NCBI RefSeq assembly: GCF_002087085.1
Contig: NZ_MWQY01000002.1
Location: 62,001-126,000, forward strand
Length of the DNA stretch: 64,000 nt
Reading direction: 5' to 3'
Part shown: piece by piece, positions 10,642 to 19,907 of the stretch
Numbering within the stretch: the stretch's first letter is position 1
Layout: the number at the start of each line of letters is the position of its first letter
Notes under the pieces: model-generated
What the model was told of the DNA's origin: nothing
Database searches by the model: none
The model's input: only the letters and a program-made list of their open reading frames with translations
Made by a program: the position numbers and the translations under genes

Positions 10642-11462
10642 ACAAAGCTCTGAGCGGCGGAGGATCCTCCGCCGGACATTTTCACTGGAAACGTCCTCCG
10701 TTTATTTCAAATCCGGTACTGCGCTACGGTCTCCTTACGGCCTTCGTCGTCTACTTTGCCTATGTATTCAATACCCTGGAGGTAAACCCCGAAAGGATTG
10801 TGCGGGGGATTCCCCGGGCAATGCAGATTTTCTCCGGCGCAATTCCCCCGGATTTCAGCGCCCGGGGCAAACTTATTTTTACCGGCTTCATCGAAAGTAT
10901 CCAGATAACCTTTCTGGCCACCTTTGCCGGCGTTTTACTGAGCATTCCCTTCGCCTTTGCGGCGGCCCGGAACATCGCGATACTGCCGATCTACGGACTC
11001 GGCAGGGGAATTATCATCGTCGCCCGCAGCCTGCACCCGGTGGTTCTGGGTGTGCTCTTTGTAAAGGCCGTCGGCTTCGGAGCCTTTGCCGGTGTTCTAA
11101 CCCTGATTATCTACACCCTCGGTTTCGTGGGAAAACTTCTGGCCGAAGCGATCGAGGAGATAAAGCACGGTCAGATCGAGGCGATCCGCTCCACGGGAGC
11201 GGGGTACTTCTCCGTTCTGGTTTACGCGGTTCTGCCTCAGATCATGCCCCGGCTTATCGGGCTTACCATGTACCAGCTCGATATCAATCTCCGGGCTTCG
11301 GCTGTCATCGGTCTTGTGGGTGCCGGGGGTATCGGCAACACCCTGAACTCCGCCTTCGGTCGATACGATTACGGTACCGCCTCCGCTATTCTGCTGGTGA
11401 TGATCATCATCATACTCTTCGCTGAATCGGTCAGTTCCAGGCTGAGGAGGTTCACGCGATGA
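10638..11462 (+). CDS. phnE: Phosphonate ABC transporter permease
   Basis: GKLLAEAIEEI, DINLRASAVIGLVGAGGIG. Confidence 0.9.
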   Translation: MNKALSGGGSSAGHFHWKRPPFISNPVLRYGLLTAFVVYFAYVFNTLEVNPERIVRGIPRAMQIFSGAIPPDFSARGKLIFTGFIESIQITFLATFAGVLLSIPFAFAAARNIAILPIYGLGRGIIIVARSLHPVVLGVLFVKAVGFGAFAGVLTLIIYTLGFVGKLLAEAIEEIKHGQIEAIRSTGAGYFSVLVYAVLPQIMPRLIGLTMYQLDINLRASAVIGLVGAGGIGNTLNSAFGRYDYGTASAILLVMIIIILFAESVSSRLRRFTR

Positions 11463-12286
11463 AGAACCTTACAACGGCTCCTTTAAAGGACATCGGCGGA
11501 GAAAGCTTTCGCTGGGAACGCTACACCCCTCTTCAGCGCATGCGCCGTTTCGCGGGTATGTTTATCGTGGCGGGAATTCTCCTCTGGACCATCAGCACCA
11601 TCGACGTATTCTGGCCCTGGGTCTGGACTGCTCCCGCGGAGATGCAGGACATGATCTACCGCATGATCCCGCCCAATCCCCGGGCGCTGCCGGAGATTCT
11701 GCCGGCCCTGCTTGAGACTATAAATATAGCCAGCGTCGGCACCCTTCTGGCCATCATCATCTCCCTGCCGGTAGCCTATTTCGGCGCCCGGAACGTATCC
11801 CCCAACCGTTTTACCCTCGCCATCGCCCGGGTAATCATCGTTTCTTCCCGGTCCATCGATACCCTCATATGGGCATTGCTGTTTGTGGCCATACTGGGAC
11901 CCGGTCCCCTGGCCGGTGTTGTGGCGATCGCCTTCCGTTCCGTCGGATTCCTGGGCAAACTCATAGGGGAGAGCATAGAAGAGATGGACTGGGGACCCAT
12001 AGAGGCCCTGCAGGCATCCGGGGCATCCCAGGGGCATATCATCAATTACGCCATCGTACCGCAGATAATTCCCAGCTTCTGGGCCGTTGCGATCCTGCGA
12101 TGGGACATAAACATCCGGGAATCAACGGTTCTGGGCATGGTCGGCGCGGGCGGCATCGGCATGCTCTTCCAGGTGGCCATCGATCTGTTCCGATGGAACA
12201 CCGTGTCCATGGTACTGGTTTCCATCGTCGTGGTAGTACTATTCGGAGAGGTTGTAACGGGTATAGTACGACGTAAAATTATCTGA
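11459..12286 (+). CDS. phnE: Phosphonate ABC transporter permease (second copy)
   Basis: GKLIGESIEE, DINIRESTVLGMVGAGGIG. Confidence 0.9.
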   Translation: MKNLTTAPLKDIGGESFRWERYTPLQRMRRFAGMFIVAGILLWTISTIDVFWPWVWTAPAEMQDMIYRMIPPNPRALPEILPALLETINIASVGTLLAIIISLPVAYFGARNVSPNRFTLAIARVIIVSSRSIDTLIWALLFVAILGPGPLAGVVAIAFRSVGFLGKLIGESIEEMDWGPIEALQASGASQGHIINYAIVPQIIPSFWAVAILRWDINIRESTVLGMVGAGGIGMLFQVAIDLFRWNTVSMVLVSIVVVVLFGEVVTGIVRRKII

Positions 12287-12300
12287 AAACGGGAAGGCCT

Positions 12301-13842
12301 ATGAACACGCATTTCGCACTGGAAAACCCCATTGAAGTTCTGACAGGAAAAAAAAGATCCGAACTTACCAGGGACGATCTGATCAACATCATCAATAAGA
12401 AGAACATCGAGCGACTGACCTTTCACTATACCGCCATCGACGGAAAGGTGAAGGAACTCCGCCTTCCCATTACCAGCCATGAACAGGCGGAGCTCGTTCT
12501 TGCCGAGGGAGAACGGGTTGACGGGTCCTCTCTCTTTAAAGGCGTTGTTGATGCGGGAAAATCCGACCTTTACGTTATTCCGGTCTATAAATCGGTGTTC
12601 ATAAACCCCTTCGATCATACGAGTCTCGATTTTGTCTGCCGTTTTGTTACCGGAGAGGGGGAACTTGCCCCCTTTGCTCCGGACAATCTCCTTGCCATTA
12701 CCCATCAGAAGCTGCAGGAGGAGTTCGATGTCGAGTTCAATGCCCTGGGAGAGCTGGAGTTTTACCTTGTGGGAAACTCGGAGCAGAACCTCTATCCTCT
12801 GCCGAATCAGAAGGGATACCACGGCAGCAGCCCGTATGTAAAAACAACCAGCATTGTCAATGAGATGCTCAAGGTTATGACCAACATAACCAGCGAAATA
12901 AAATATGCCCACAACGAAGTCGGCCTTATCAACAATCTGGAAATCGATAATCATCTTTTCAATGGGAAGCTGGCAGAACAGGTGGAGATCGAGTTTCTCC
13001 CCAGCCCGGTGGAGGATGCAGCCGATGTCGTGGTGCTGGGAAAATGGCTCTGCCAGAGCATTGCCAATCGCTACAACCTGATTGCCACCTTCTATCCGAA
13101 GATCCAGATCGGCGATGCCGGCAGCGGTCTCCATTTCCATACCATGCTCAAACGAAACAATAAAAACATCATGCTCGATGGCGATCAGGAACTGTCGGAG
13201 GACTCCCTCAAGCTGATCGGAGGGCTCTGCCGCTACGCCTCCACCCTGTCGGCCTTCGGCAATATGACCGCCGGATCCTTCCTGCGCCTGGTACCCCATC
13301 AGGAGGCACCCACGAAGGTCTGCTGGGGCTACTCCAACCGCAGTGCCCTGATCCGGGTCCCCCTGGGATGGCGGAACCTGGACAACCTGGCAATGAAGGT
13401 CAACCCTCAGCAGCGGCTTAAAGCGGAACGCAAGGACAGCCGGCAGACAGTGGAGCTCCGCAGCCCCGACGGAAGCGCGAATACCCACATGCTCCTTGCA
13501 GCCATGACTACCGCGGTGCTCTGGGCCTACCGAAATCCTGAAGAGGCGCTGAAGCTGGCGGACCAGAACTTTGTCTCCGGGAATATCCACAATAATCCCG
13601 ACAAGGAGCGGGAGTTCATCGACATCGCCACCAGCTGCGTGGAAACGGCACAGGCCCTGAATGATCACCGGGACTATTACATCCGGGACGGCTATTTCAC
13701 CGGCAGCCTGATCGACAAGGTCATCGAAATGCTCAACTCTGAAAATGACGAAGGCCTGAACAAGAAGATTCACTCCCTGCCGGAAGAAGACGGCAAAAAA
13801 CTCGCCGAAGATTATATCAAGCGGGGCATACAGAAATACTGA
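12301..13842 (+). CDS. glnA: Glutamine synthetase family protein
   Basis: DGSS, ELEFY, HNEVG, EQVEIE, AGSGLHFH, RLVPHQEAP, NRSALIRVP, ELRSPD. Confidence 0.85.
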   Translation: MNTHFALENPIEVLTGKKRSELTRDDLINIINKKNIERLTFHYTAIDGKVKELRLPITSHEQAELVLAEGERVDGSSLFKGVVDAGKSDLYVIPVYKSVFINPFDHTSLDFVCRFVTGEGELAPFAPDNLLAITHQKLQEEFDVEFNALGELEFYLVGNSEQNLYPLPNQKGYHGSSPYVKTTSIVNEMLKVMTNITSEIKYAHNEVGLINNLEIDNHLFNGKLAEQVEIEFLPSPVEDAADVVVLGKWLCQSIANRYNLIATFYPKIQIGDAGSGLHFHTMLKRNNKNIMLDGDQELSEDSLKLIGGLCRYASTLSAFGNMTAGSFLRLVPHQEAPTKVCWGYSNRSALIRVPLGWRNLDNLAMKVNPQQRLKAERKDSRQTVELRSPDGSANTHMLLAAMTTAVLWAYRNPEEALKLADQNFVSGNIHNNPDKEREFIDIATSCVETAQALNDHRDYYIRDGYFTGSLIDKVIEMLNSENDEGLNKKIHSLPEEDGKKLAEDYIKRGIQKY

Positions 13843-13856
13843 GCAGGAAAGACGTA

Positions 13857-16130
13857 ATGAAGGGAAAAATCCCTGCACTGATACTGATTACAATGTACCT
13901 TCTGGTAAAGCCGGTGTTTTCGGAAACGGAACAGTTCCCGGATCACAGGGAACGTCCCATCGTGGCCCTTGCCCTGGAAGGCGGTGGGGCTCTCGGAATC
14001 GCCCACATCGGCGTAATACGGGTACTGGAAGAAGCCGGGATTCCCGTTGACATTGTCACGGGCACCAGTATGGGCTCGATCGTGGGGGGGCTCTACGCCA
14101 CAGGCTTCAGCGTAGCTGAACTTGAAGCCCTGGCAACCGAAACCGACTGGATCAGCCTCTTCTCCGAATACGCCGTGGCACGAAACGAAAGCTACCGGGC
14201 CCTTGAGGAGTGGCGACGATATTTTCTTTCCGTCGGTATTTCGGACAGTGAGACACCCGCCGCGGGGGGACTCCTCTCGGGCAACCGGATTCTCAGCTAC
14301 ATGGACAGCCTTACGTATGAGATACCGGGAGAGCTGGATTTCGACGATCTTCCCCGCCGCTACCGTGCGGTGGCTACGGATTTCAGTACCGGAGAAGAGG
14401 TGGTTATCGGAGAAGGCTCCCTGTCCGAAGCCATGCGGGCCAGCATGGGAATACCAGGGGTATTTGCCCCCTATGTGCTGAAAAACCGTCCTCTGATAGA
14501 CGGAGGAATCGTGAACAACCTTCCGGTGGATCTGGCCCGCGCCATGGGAGCGGACATCGTCATTGCCGTTGACGTGGAAGGTGGTTTTTCCAGCCAGCAG
14601 AGCTACCTGGACCTTTCACCCATCGAAAACCTTTCAAGAACCGTTGACCTGATCCTGGACGCCAATGTGAGCGGCCAGCTGGAAAACGCCGACTACGTTA
14701 TCCAGGTTCCCCTTGAGGCATACAGCGCCGCCGACTTTCAGCGAAGCGAAGAGATCATGCTGGCCGGCCGGTACCGGGCCGAAGAACTGCTGGATGAACT
14801 GATCTACCTGCGCAGCCGTATTATGCAGGGACATGAAGAAAACGCATCTCCTGCTGTTAGCCTGGAGCCGGAGGAGCCCATCGCAGGTTTCCACTATTCC
14901 GGAGGAAGCCCGGAAGACCGGAAAAACGCACGACGCATTCTTGATCCCCTGGCAGGAAAGCGTATTGAACCGAATGAGCTTGCCGACCGGGTTGTCGATA
15001 TCTACCGGGAATGTGCCCCCGAAAGCATCCGTATAAAGCGATCTCCGGGTACGGAGAATATTCTTGTAGTGGAAATCGAATCAAGAAAGCCCAGGAAGAA
15101 CAGACTCCGCATGGGCCTCAGTTACGGAGGTACCTACGCTGATTCCATTTCCAGCAGGCTCCAGTTTACCCAGGGCATTGTTCTGGGGAACCTTCTGTGG
15201 CCGGGGCTTGAATTGAGCCTTGATGTCGAGATCCTGGGAGCCCTGGGATTAAAAGCCGGAGTCTACCAGGCCCTGGGGGAACGCTTCTATCTGGAAACCG
15301 GCGTGTTTGTTCGCAGGGATTTTGAAACCTATTATGCCTCGGACGAAGATGAATCCGCGGTGGACTATATCTTTTACGAGACTGAATCCCAGATTGACGG
15401 AACCTTCGGCTTTTATCCCTGGCCCGGCTCAAGGCTGCACGTCGGGCTTTCCAGGGAATGGATTGCCGATACTGCGGCGGACGTCTACCTTCCCGAGCTG
15501 GCGGAAAAAGACATACTGCTGGCCCGGGCGGGATTCGATCTGCTCCGCCTGGACAGCCCCCTGTTTCCCATGCGGGGAGCTGCCCTGGAAATGATGTTTC
15601 AACGGGGTATCCCGACACCCTTCTCCTCCCGGGAGTTCAGCACCTTTTCCACCAGAGGCGAGTTCCAAATCCCCCTGGGAAGAAATCTTTCCCTGGGTTA
15701 CCTTTTTGATGCCGGTGTAGACTTCACCGGAGAGGTTGACCACCCGGATTCCGCACCGTATCTGCACAAGCCCGAGCTGGGGGGACGCCGTCTTTTTCCA
15801 AATCCCCTTTCTGCGGATAAACGTTTCGGAAGCTTTGTTCTAGGCAACGGTCTGGAACTGACCAGGCGACTGAGGTTTATGGAAAGGACCCTTCCCCTCC
15901 CCCTCTTCGCCCGGTTTCATTTTGCCTCCGGTCTGGTCTACAGGGAGTTTGACAGCCCCGGGGAGATCGAACCTCTCCTTCACTGGAGTTCCTCCCTGGG
16001 TGCAGGCCTCAGACTCAACGACGGCTTCGGCGTGCTTTTGCGGGGCGGCCTGGCCGGCAGTGGAAACGGGGTTCTTTCTCCATATTTCGCCATCGATCTG
16101 GGAACACTGCAGAGCAGAAGGCTCTTCTGA
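13857..16130 (+). CDS. Patatin-like phospholipase with C-terminal putative outer-membrane beta-barrel (PlpD / type Vd-like)
   Basis: Signal peptide; GGGALG, GTSMG, DGG patatin motifs; C-terminal half rich in amphipathic beta-strand patterns. Confidence 0.8.
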   Translation: MKGKIPALILITMYLLVKPVFSETEQFPDHRERPIVALALEGGGALGIAHIGVIRVLEEAGIPVDIVTGTSMGSIVGGLYATGFSVAELEALATETDWISLFSEYAVARNESYRALEEWRRYFLSVGISDSETPAAGGLLSGNRILSYMDSLTYEIPGELDFDDLPRRYRAVATDFSTGEEVVIGEGSLSEAMRASMGIPGVFAPYVLKNRPLIDGGIVNNLPVDLARAMGADIVIAVDVEGGFSSQQSYLDLSPIENLSRTVDLILDANVSGQLENADYVIQVPLEAYSAADFQRSEEIMLAGRYRAEELLDELIYLRSRIMQGHEENASPAVSLEPEEPIAGFHYSGGSPEDRKNARRILDPLAGKRIEPNELADRVVDIYRECAPESIRIKRSPGTENILVVEIESRKPRKNRLRMGLSYGGTYADSISSRLQFTQGIVLGNLLWPGLELSLDVEILGALGLKAGVYQALGERFYLETGVFVRRDFETYYASDEDESAVDYIFYETESQIDGTFGFYPWPGSRLHVGLSREWIADTAADVYLPELAEKDILLARAGFDLLRLDSPLFPMRGAALEMMFQRGIPTPFSSREFSTFSTRGEFQIPLGRNLSLGYLFDAGVDFTGEVDHPDSAPYLHKPELGGRRLFPNPLSADKRFGSFVLGNGLELTRRLRFMERTLPLPLFARFHFASGLVYREFDSPGEIEPLLHWSSSLGAGLRLNDGFGVLLRGGLAGSGNGVLSPYFAIDLGTLQSRRLF

Positions 16131-16238
16131 TGACAATCATCCTGACGACAGGATACCCCTTTTTTACAGCCCCTCTTCCTTGACAGCCTGATATACCCGT
16201 GTAAATATTCTGTAATATCACTCCGGGGGAGTACCTGT

Positions 16239-18251
16239 ATGAGCAGCACCAGTTACACGAAACTTGAGCCAGTAGAAATCGATTCCGTAAAAATACCCTG
16301 CAGTTATTGCCACACCCTGGTCCTCGGCAGCGGTTGCGCCTCTTTAAGTACGGCGGTCCGCCTGAAACGCGCAGGCCTTGAGGATTTATGCATTGTAACC
16401 GACAACATCTTCGGCGGAACATCCCGCAATACCGGTTCGGACAAACAGACATACTATAAATTGAGCGATTCAACCAGGGATCCCGACACGCCCTACCGCA
16501 TGGCCGAAGCCCTGACAGCCGGCGGAGCCATGCACGGCGACATAGCCCTTATCGAAGCCATCGGATCGGAGAACGGCTTTTACAACCTGGTGGGGATGGG
16601 TGTCCCCTTTCCGTACAACCCCTGGGGAGGATTTACCGGCTACAAAACCGACCATGATCCGCTGCAGCGGGGTGTATCCCTGGGCCCTTACACTTCAAAA
16701 CTGATGACCGAATACCTGGAAAGGGAATGCCGTACCCTGGGAATCGATATCATGGACCATCACGACGTGGTAAAACTGATAAGGCTGGATGACCGGGCAG
16801 CCGGAGCACTGATCATGAATAAGCGGGAAATGGATACGGACTCCCGGGGGCTCAGGCTTATTCTCTGCGACAACCTGGTTTTCGGTCTCGGAGGCCCCGG
16901 CGGTTTCTATGAAAAAACGGTCTATCCAAAACCGCAAAACGGAGGCATCGGGCTGGCCCTGGAAATCGGGGCGACAGCTGCCAACCTGACGGAATCCCAG
17001 TATGGTCTTACCTCCCAGAAATTCCGCTGGAACCTCTCCGGCAGTTACCATCAGGTTCTGCCCCGCTACTACAGCATAGACGGGGAGACCGGTGAGACCT
17101 TCGATTTTCTGAACGACTATTTTCCCGACATGGCTTCCCTTATGAACGCAGTCTTTCTGAAGGGCTACCAGTGGCCCTTCGATCCCCGCAAGATCCCCGA
17201 TTACGGCTCCTCCCTGCTGGACGTTCTGGTTTACCGGGAAACGGAGATCCTGGGACGCAAAGTCTATATGGATTTCCGGGAGAACCCGAAAGGGAACGAT
17301 CACATCGGCCGCTTCGATCCCGCTCTTCTGGGCCGGGAAGCGGCTGAATACTGGAGAAACTCCGGCATAGACGGAACAACGCCTATAGAACGGCTCAGGC
17401 AGCTGAATCCCGCGGCCATTCAGCTCTACCTGGACCACAACATCGATCTTGCCGCAGAACCCCTGGAGATGGCGGTCTCCGCCCAGCACAACAACGGAGG
17501 ACTCGCCGCGGATATCTGGTGGGAGTCGGTGAACATCCGGCGGCTGTTCCCGGTGGGGGAAGCCAACGGCACCCACGGCGCGGCCCGCCCCGGCGGAACC
17601 GCCCTTAACTCCGGACAGGTGGGAGCCTTCCGGGCGGCCCAGAAAATCGCCCTTGCCTACCGGGACAAGACTCTGGATACGGAGAAGGCCCGGGATTCCG
17701 GCCGCCGGGCTGCCTCAGAAATACTGGGAATACTACAGCAATTAACAGCCGGAACCCCTGTTCCCGACTGCGACAGAGAGTACAAGACCGGGTTTCAGCA
17801 GCGCATGAGCAGATATGCCGCCGCTGTGAGGAGCGCACAGACAGCAAAAGAGGCAAAGGCGGCCGCCGAAAAGCAGCAGAAAGATTACACCGAACTGCGG
17901 GTCGATCCCATGCGTCTTTCTATAGCCCTCAAGCTGCGGCACATGGTCTTTGCCCATCGGATGTACCTTGAAGCCATAGCCGACTATATTCAGCAGGGAG
18001 GCGGAAGCCGGGCATCCTCCCTGGTTATAGCCGCGGAGGGGCAGGAAGGAACCCCGGTTCATCCCCTCTTACCTGACTGGCGCATAGTGCCGGAGAACCT
18101 GAAGCTGCGGGGCAGGATTCAACACATCCGCTGGAACCCCGACACAAAGAAACCGGAGTTCGACTGGATTGACACACGGCCCATTCCGACGGAGGATTCC
18201 TGGTTCGAGACGGTCTGGGCCCGATACCTCGACGGTTCGGTGTTCAAATAA
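16239..18251 (+). CDS. FAD-binding oxidoreductase (SdhA/FrdA/NadB flavoprotein superfamily)
   Basis: VLGSGCA, GGTSRNTGS, QHNNGGL, LFPVGE..GTHG..RPGGTALNS. Confidence 0.75.
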   Translation: MSSTSYTKLEPVEIDSVKIPCSYCHTLVLGSGCASLSTAVRLKRAGLEDLCIVTDNIFGGTSRNTGSDKQTYYKLSDSTRDPDTPYRMAEALTAGGAMHGDIALIEAIGSENGFYNLVGMGVPFPYNPWGGFTGYKTDHDPLQRGVSLGPYTSKLMTEYLERECRTLGIDIMDHHDVVKLIRLDDRAAGALIMNKREMDTDSRGLRLILCDNLVFGLGGPGGFYEKTVYPKPQNGGIGLALEIGATAANLTESQYGLTSQKFRWNLSGSYHQVLPRYYSIDGETGETFDFLNDYFPDMASLMNAVFLKGYQWPFDPRKIPDYGSSLLDVLVYRETEILGRKVYMDFRENPKGNDHIGRFDPALLGREAAEYWRNSGIDGTTPIERLRQLNPAAIQLYLDHNIDLAAEPLEMAVSAQHNNGGLAADIWWESVNIRRLFPVGEANGTHGAARPGGTALNSGQVGAFRAAQKIALAYRDKTLDTEKARDSGRRAASEILGILQQLTAGTPVPDCDREYKTGFQQRMSRYAAAVRSAQTAKEAKAAAEKQQKDYTELRVDPMRLSIALKLRHMVFAHRMYLEAIADYIQQGGGSRASSLVIAAEGQEGTPVHPLLPDWRIVPENLKLRGRIQHIRWNPDTKKPEFDWIDTRPIPTEDSWFETVWARYLDGSVFK

Positions 18252-18283
18252 ATTGCTGGAAATCACACTATATGGAGTATCAA

Positions 18284-18586
18284 ATGAGTTTCAATCCCTT
18301 AGCCCCCATTGAAAAAAACGACAAGGATCTCTACGCCTATGTGGAACACGGCAGAAGTATGGCCCTTGAAGCCGGATCCCTGGGAAGGATGGAAAAACTG
18401 CTTATCGCCATGGCCCTGGACGCCGCCCATGGAGCAGCCAACGGGGTAAAATCCCTTGCCCTTCAGGCTATGGAGGCCGGAGCGAGCAGAGAACAGGTTA
18501 TGGAGGCCCTGCGGGTCGCCGCCTACATCAGCGGTGTGGGAAGCGTCTACACAGCGGCGGCAGGGCTTCAGGACGTACTGAACTGA
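18284..18586 (+). CDS. Carboxymuconolactone decarboxylase/AhpD-like family protein
   Basis: EKLLIAMALDA...AMEAGASREQVMEAL pattern; no CxxC; ATG 18284 follows GGAG. Confidence 0.7.
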   Translation: MSFNPLAPIEKNDKDLYAYVEHGRSMALEAGSLGRMEKLLIAMALDAAHGAANGVKSLALQAMEAGASREQVMEALRVAAYISGVGSVYTAAAGLQDVLN

Positions 18587-18592
18587 GCCTTT

Positions 18593-18634
18593 AAAAAATC
18601 CCCCTGCGGACGGAAGCCGTCAGGGGGGACTGTT
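18593..18634. terminator. Terminator between convergent genes
   Basis: A run, then TCCCCCTG...CAGGGGGGA GC-rich stem. Confidence 0.65.
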
Positions 18635-18651
18635 ATTGCGGTCCAAGGATC

Positions 18652-19827
18652 TTACTCTCTGGCAATCTCCAGAATCGCCTTTACGTCTTTCTCCGACAGC
18701 TTAACGTAATTACCCACTCCGCTCCCCCGTTCCTGGAAGGTTTTGGCGGCAATCTCATCGAAACGGTCCGCAGAAACCCCCAGTTCTTTCAGGGTCACCG
18801 GCATACCGATGGACGAAAAGAAGGCCTTGAGCCGCTCGATTCCCTCAAGAGCGGTCCGTTCGGGATTGTCGAAACGCTCGTCCACGTTCCAGACCCGGAC
18901 GGCGAACTGCACAAAGCGGGTAACATCGTGCTTGTAGATATGCTTCATCCAGGCGGGCTGGATTACCGCAAGACCGGCGCCGTGGGCTACATCGTATATA
19001 CCCGAGAGCTCATGCTCGATCTGATGGGATCCGAAATCCCCGATGCGGCCGGTGCTTAAAAGATCGTTATGGGCCACCGTTGAGGCCCACATGATCTCGG
19101 CCCGGGCATCGTAATCCTCCGGATTTTCAATAACCAGAGGCGCATTCTCGATAACCGTCTTCAAGGTGGCCTCGCAGAGCCGGTCGGTAAAGCCGACTTT
19201 CTGCACGTTGGTAAAATAGCGCTCCATAACGTGGGACATAATATCCGCTATGCCGCTGGCTGTCTGGTACGGAGGAAGACTGAAGGTGAGCTCCGGGTTC
19301 ATGATGGCGAATTTCGGGCGAAAGAGCTCATTGTTGCGGCCCCGCTTGTACCATCCATTCTCATTGGTCAGAACACAGCTCTGGGAGGCCTCGCTTCCGG
19401 CTGCGGGGATGGTCAGAATAACTCCCACGGGCATACATGCCTTCGGGTCGGCCTTGCCGATGAAGTAGTCCCAGACATCCTGATCGGGATTCGCCACCCC
19501 CGCGGCGATTCCCTTGGCGGAGTCAATGACGCTGCCTCCTCCCAGGGCCAGAATAAGCCCGATGTCCTTTCTTTTACAGAGCTCTATTCCCTCCCGGACA
19601 AGACCGAGCCTGGGGTTCGGCATAACGCCGCCGAGTTCGCTATACTCGATTCCTTCGGCCTTGAGTGAAGCGACTACCGTATCGAAAAGACCGGATTTCT
19701 TGACCCGGTCGCTTCCGTAATGGATAAGAACTGACTTTGAATATTCGGCGGCTCGTTTTCCCACCTCTTTTTCCGTTCCTTTTCCAAATACTATCTTTGT
19801 AGGACTGGCGAATTCAAAATTATTCAT
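18652..19827 (-). CDS. Iron-containing alcohol dehydrogenase (BdhA/YqhD type)
   Basis: GGVMPNP, GGGSVIDSAK, DIMSHVMERYF, HQIEHELS, HGAGLA. Confidence 0.9.
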   Translation of the reverse strand: MNNFEFASPTKIVFGKGTEKEVGKRAAEYSKSVLIHYGSDRVKKSGLFDTVVASLKAEGIEYSELGGVMPNPRLGLVREGIELCKRKDIGLILALGGGSVIDSAKGIAAGVANPDQDVWDYFIGKADPKACMPVGVILTIPAAGSEASQSCVLTNENGWYKRGRNNELFRPKFAIMNPELTFSLPPYQTASGIADIMSHVMERYFTNVQKVGFTDRLCEATLKTVIENAPLVIENPEDYDARAEIMWASTVAHNDLLSTGRIGDFGSHQIEHELSGIYDVAHGAGLAVIQPAWMKHIYKHDVTRFVQFAVRVWNVDERFDNPERTALEGIERLKAFFSSIGMPVTLKELGVSADRFDEIAAKTFQERGSGVGNYVKLSEKDVKAILEIARE

Positions 19828-19907
19828 AATATTGTTCTCCGTTGTATGATGTCATAGTAATTATTGCATATAGTACAGGCTGTCGCAAGTATTGCCCTCC
19901 GGCAGGT

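Noticed and set aside
12046..13878. 610-aa minus-strand ORF
   Set aside because: Antisense shadow of the glutamine synthetase gene.
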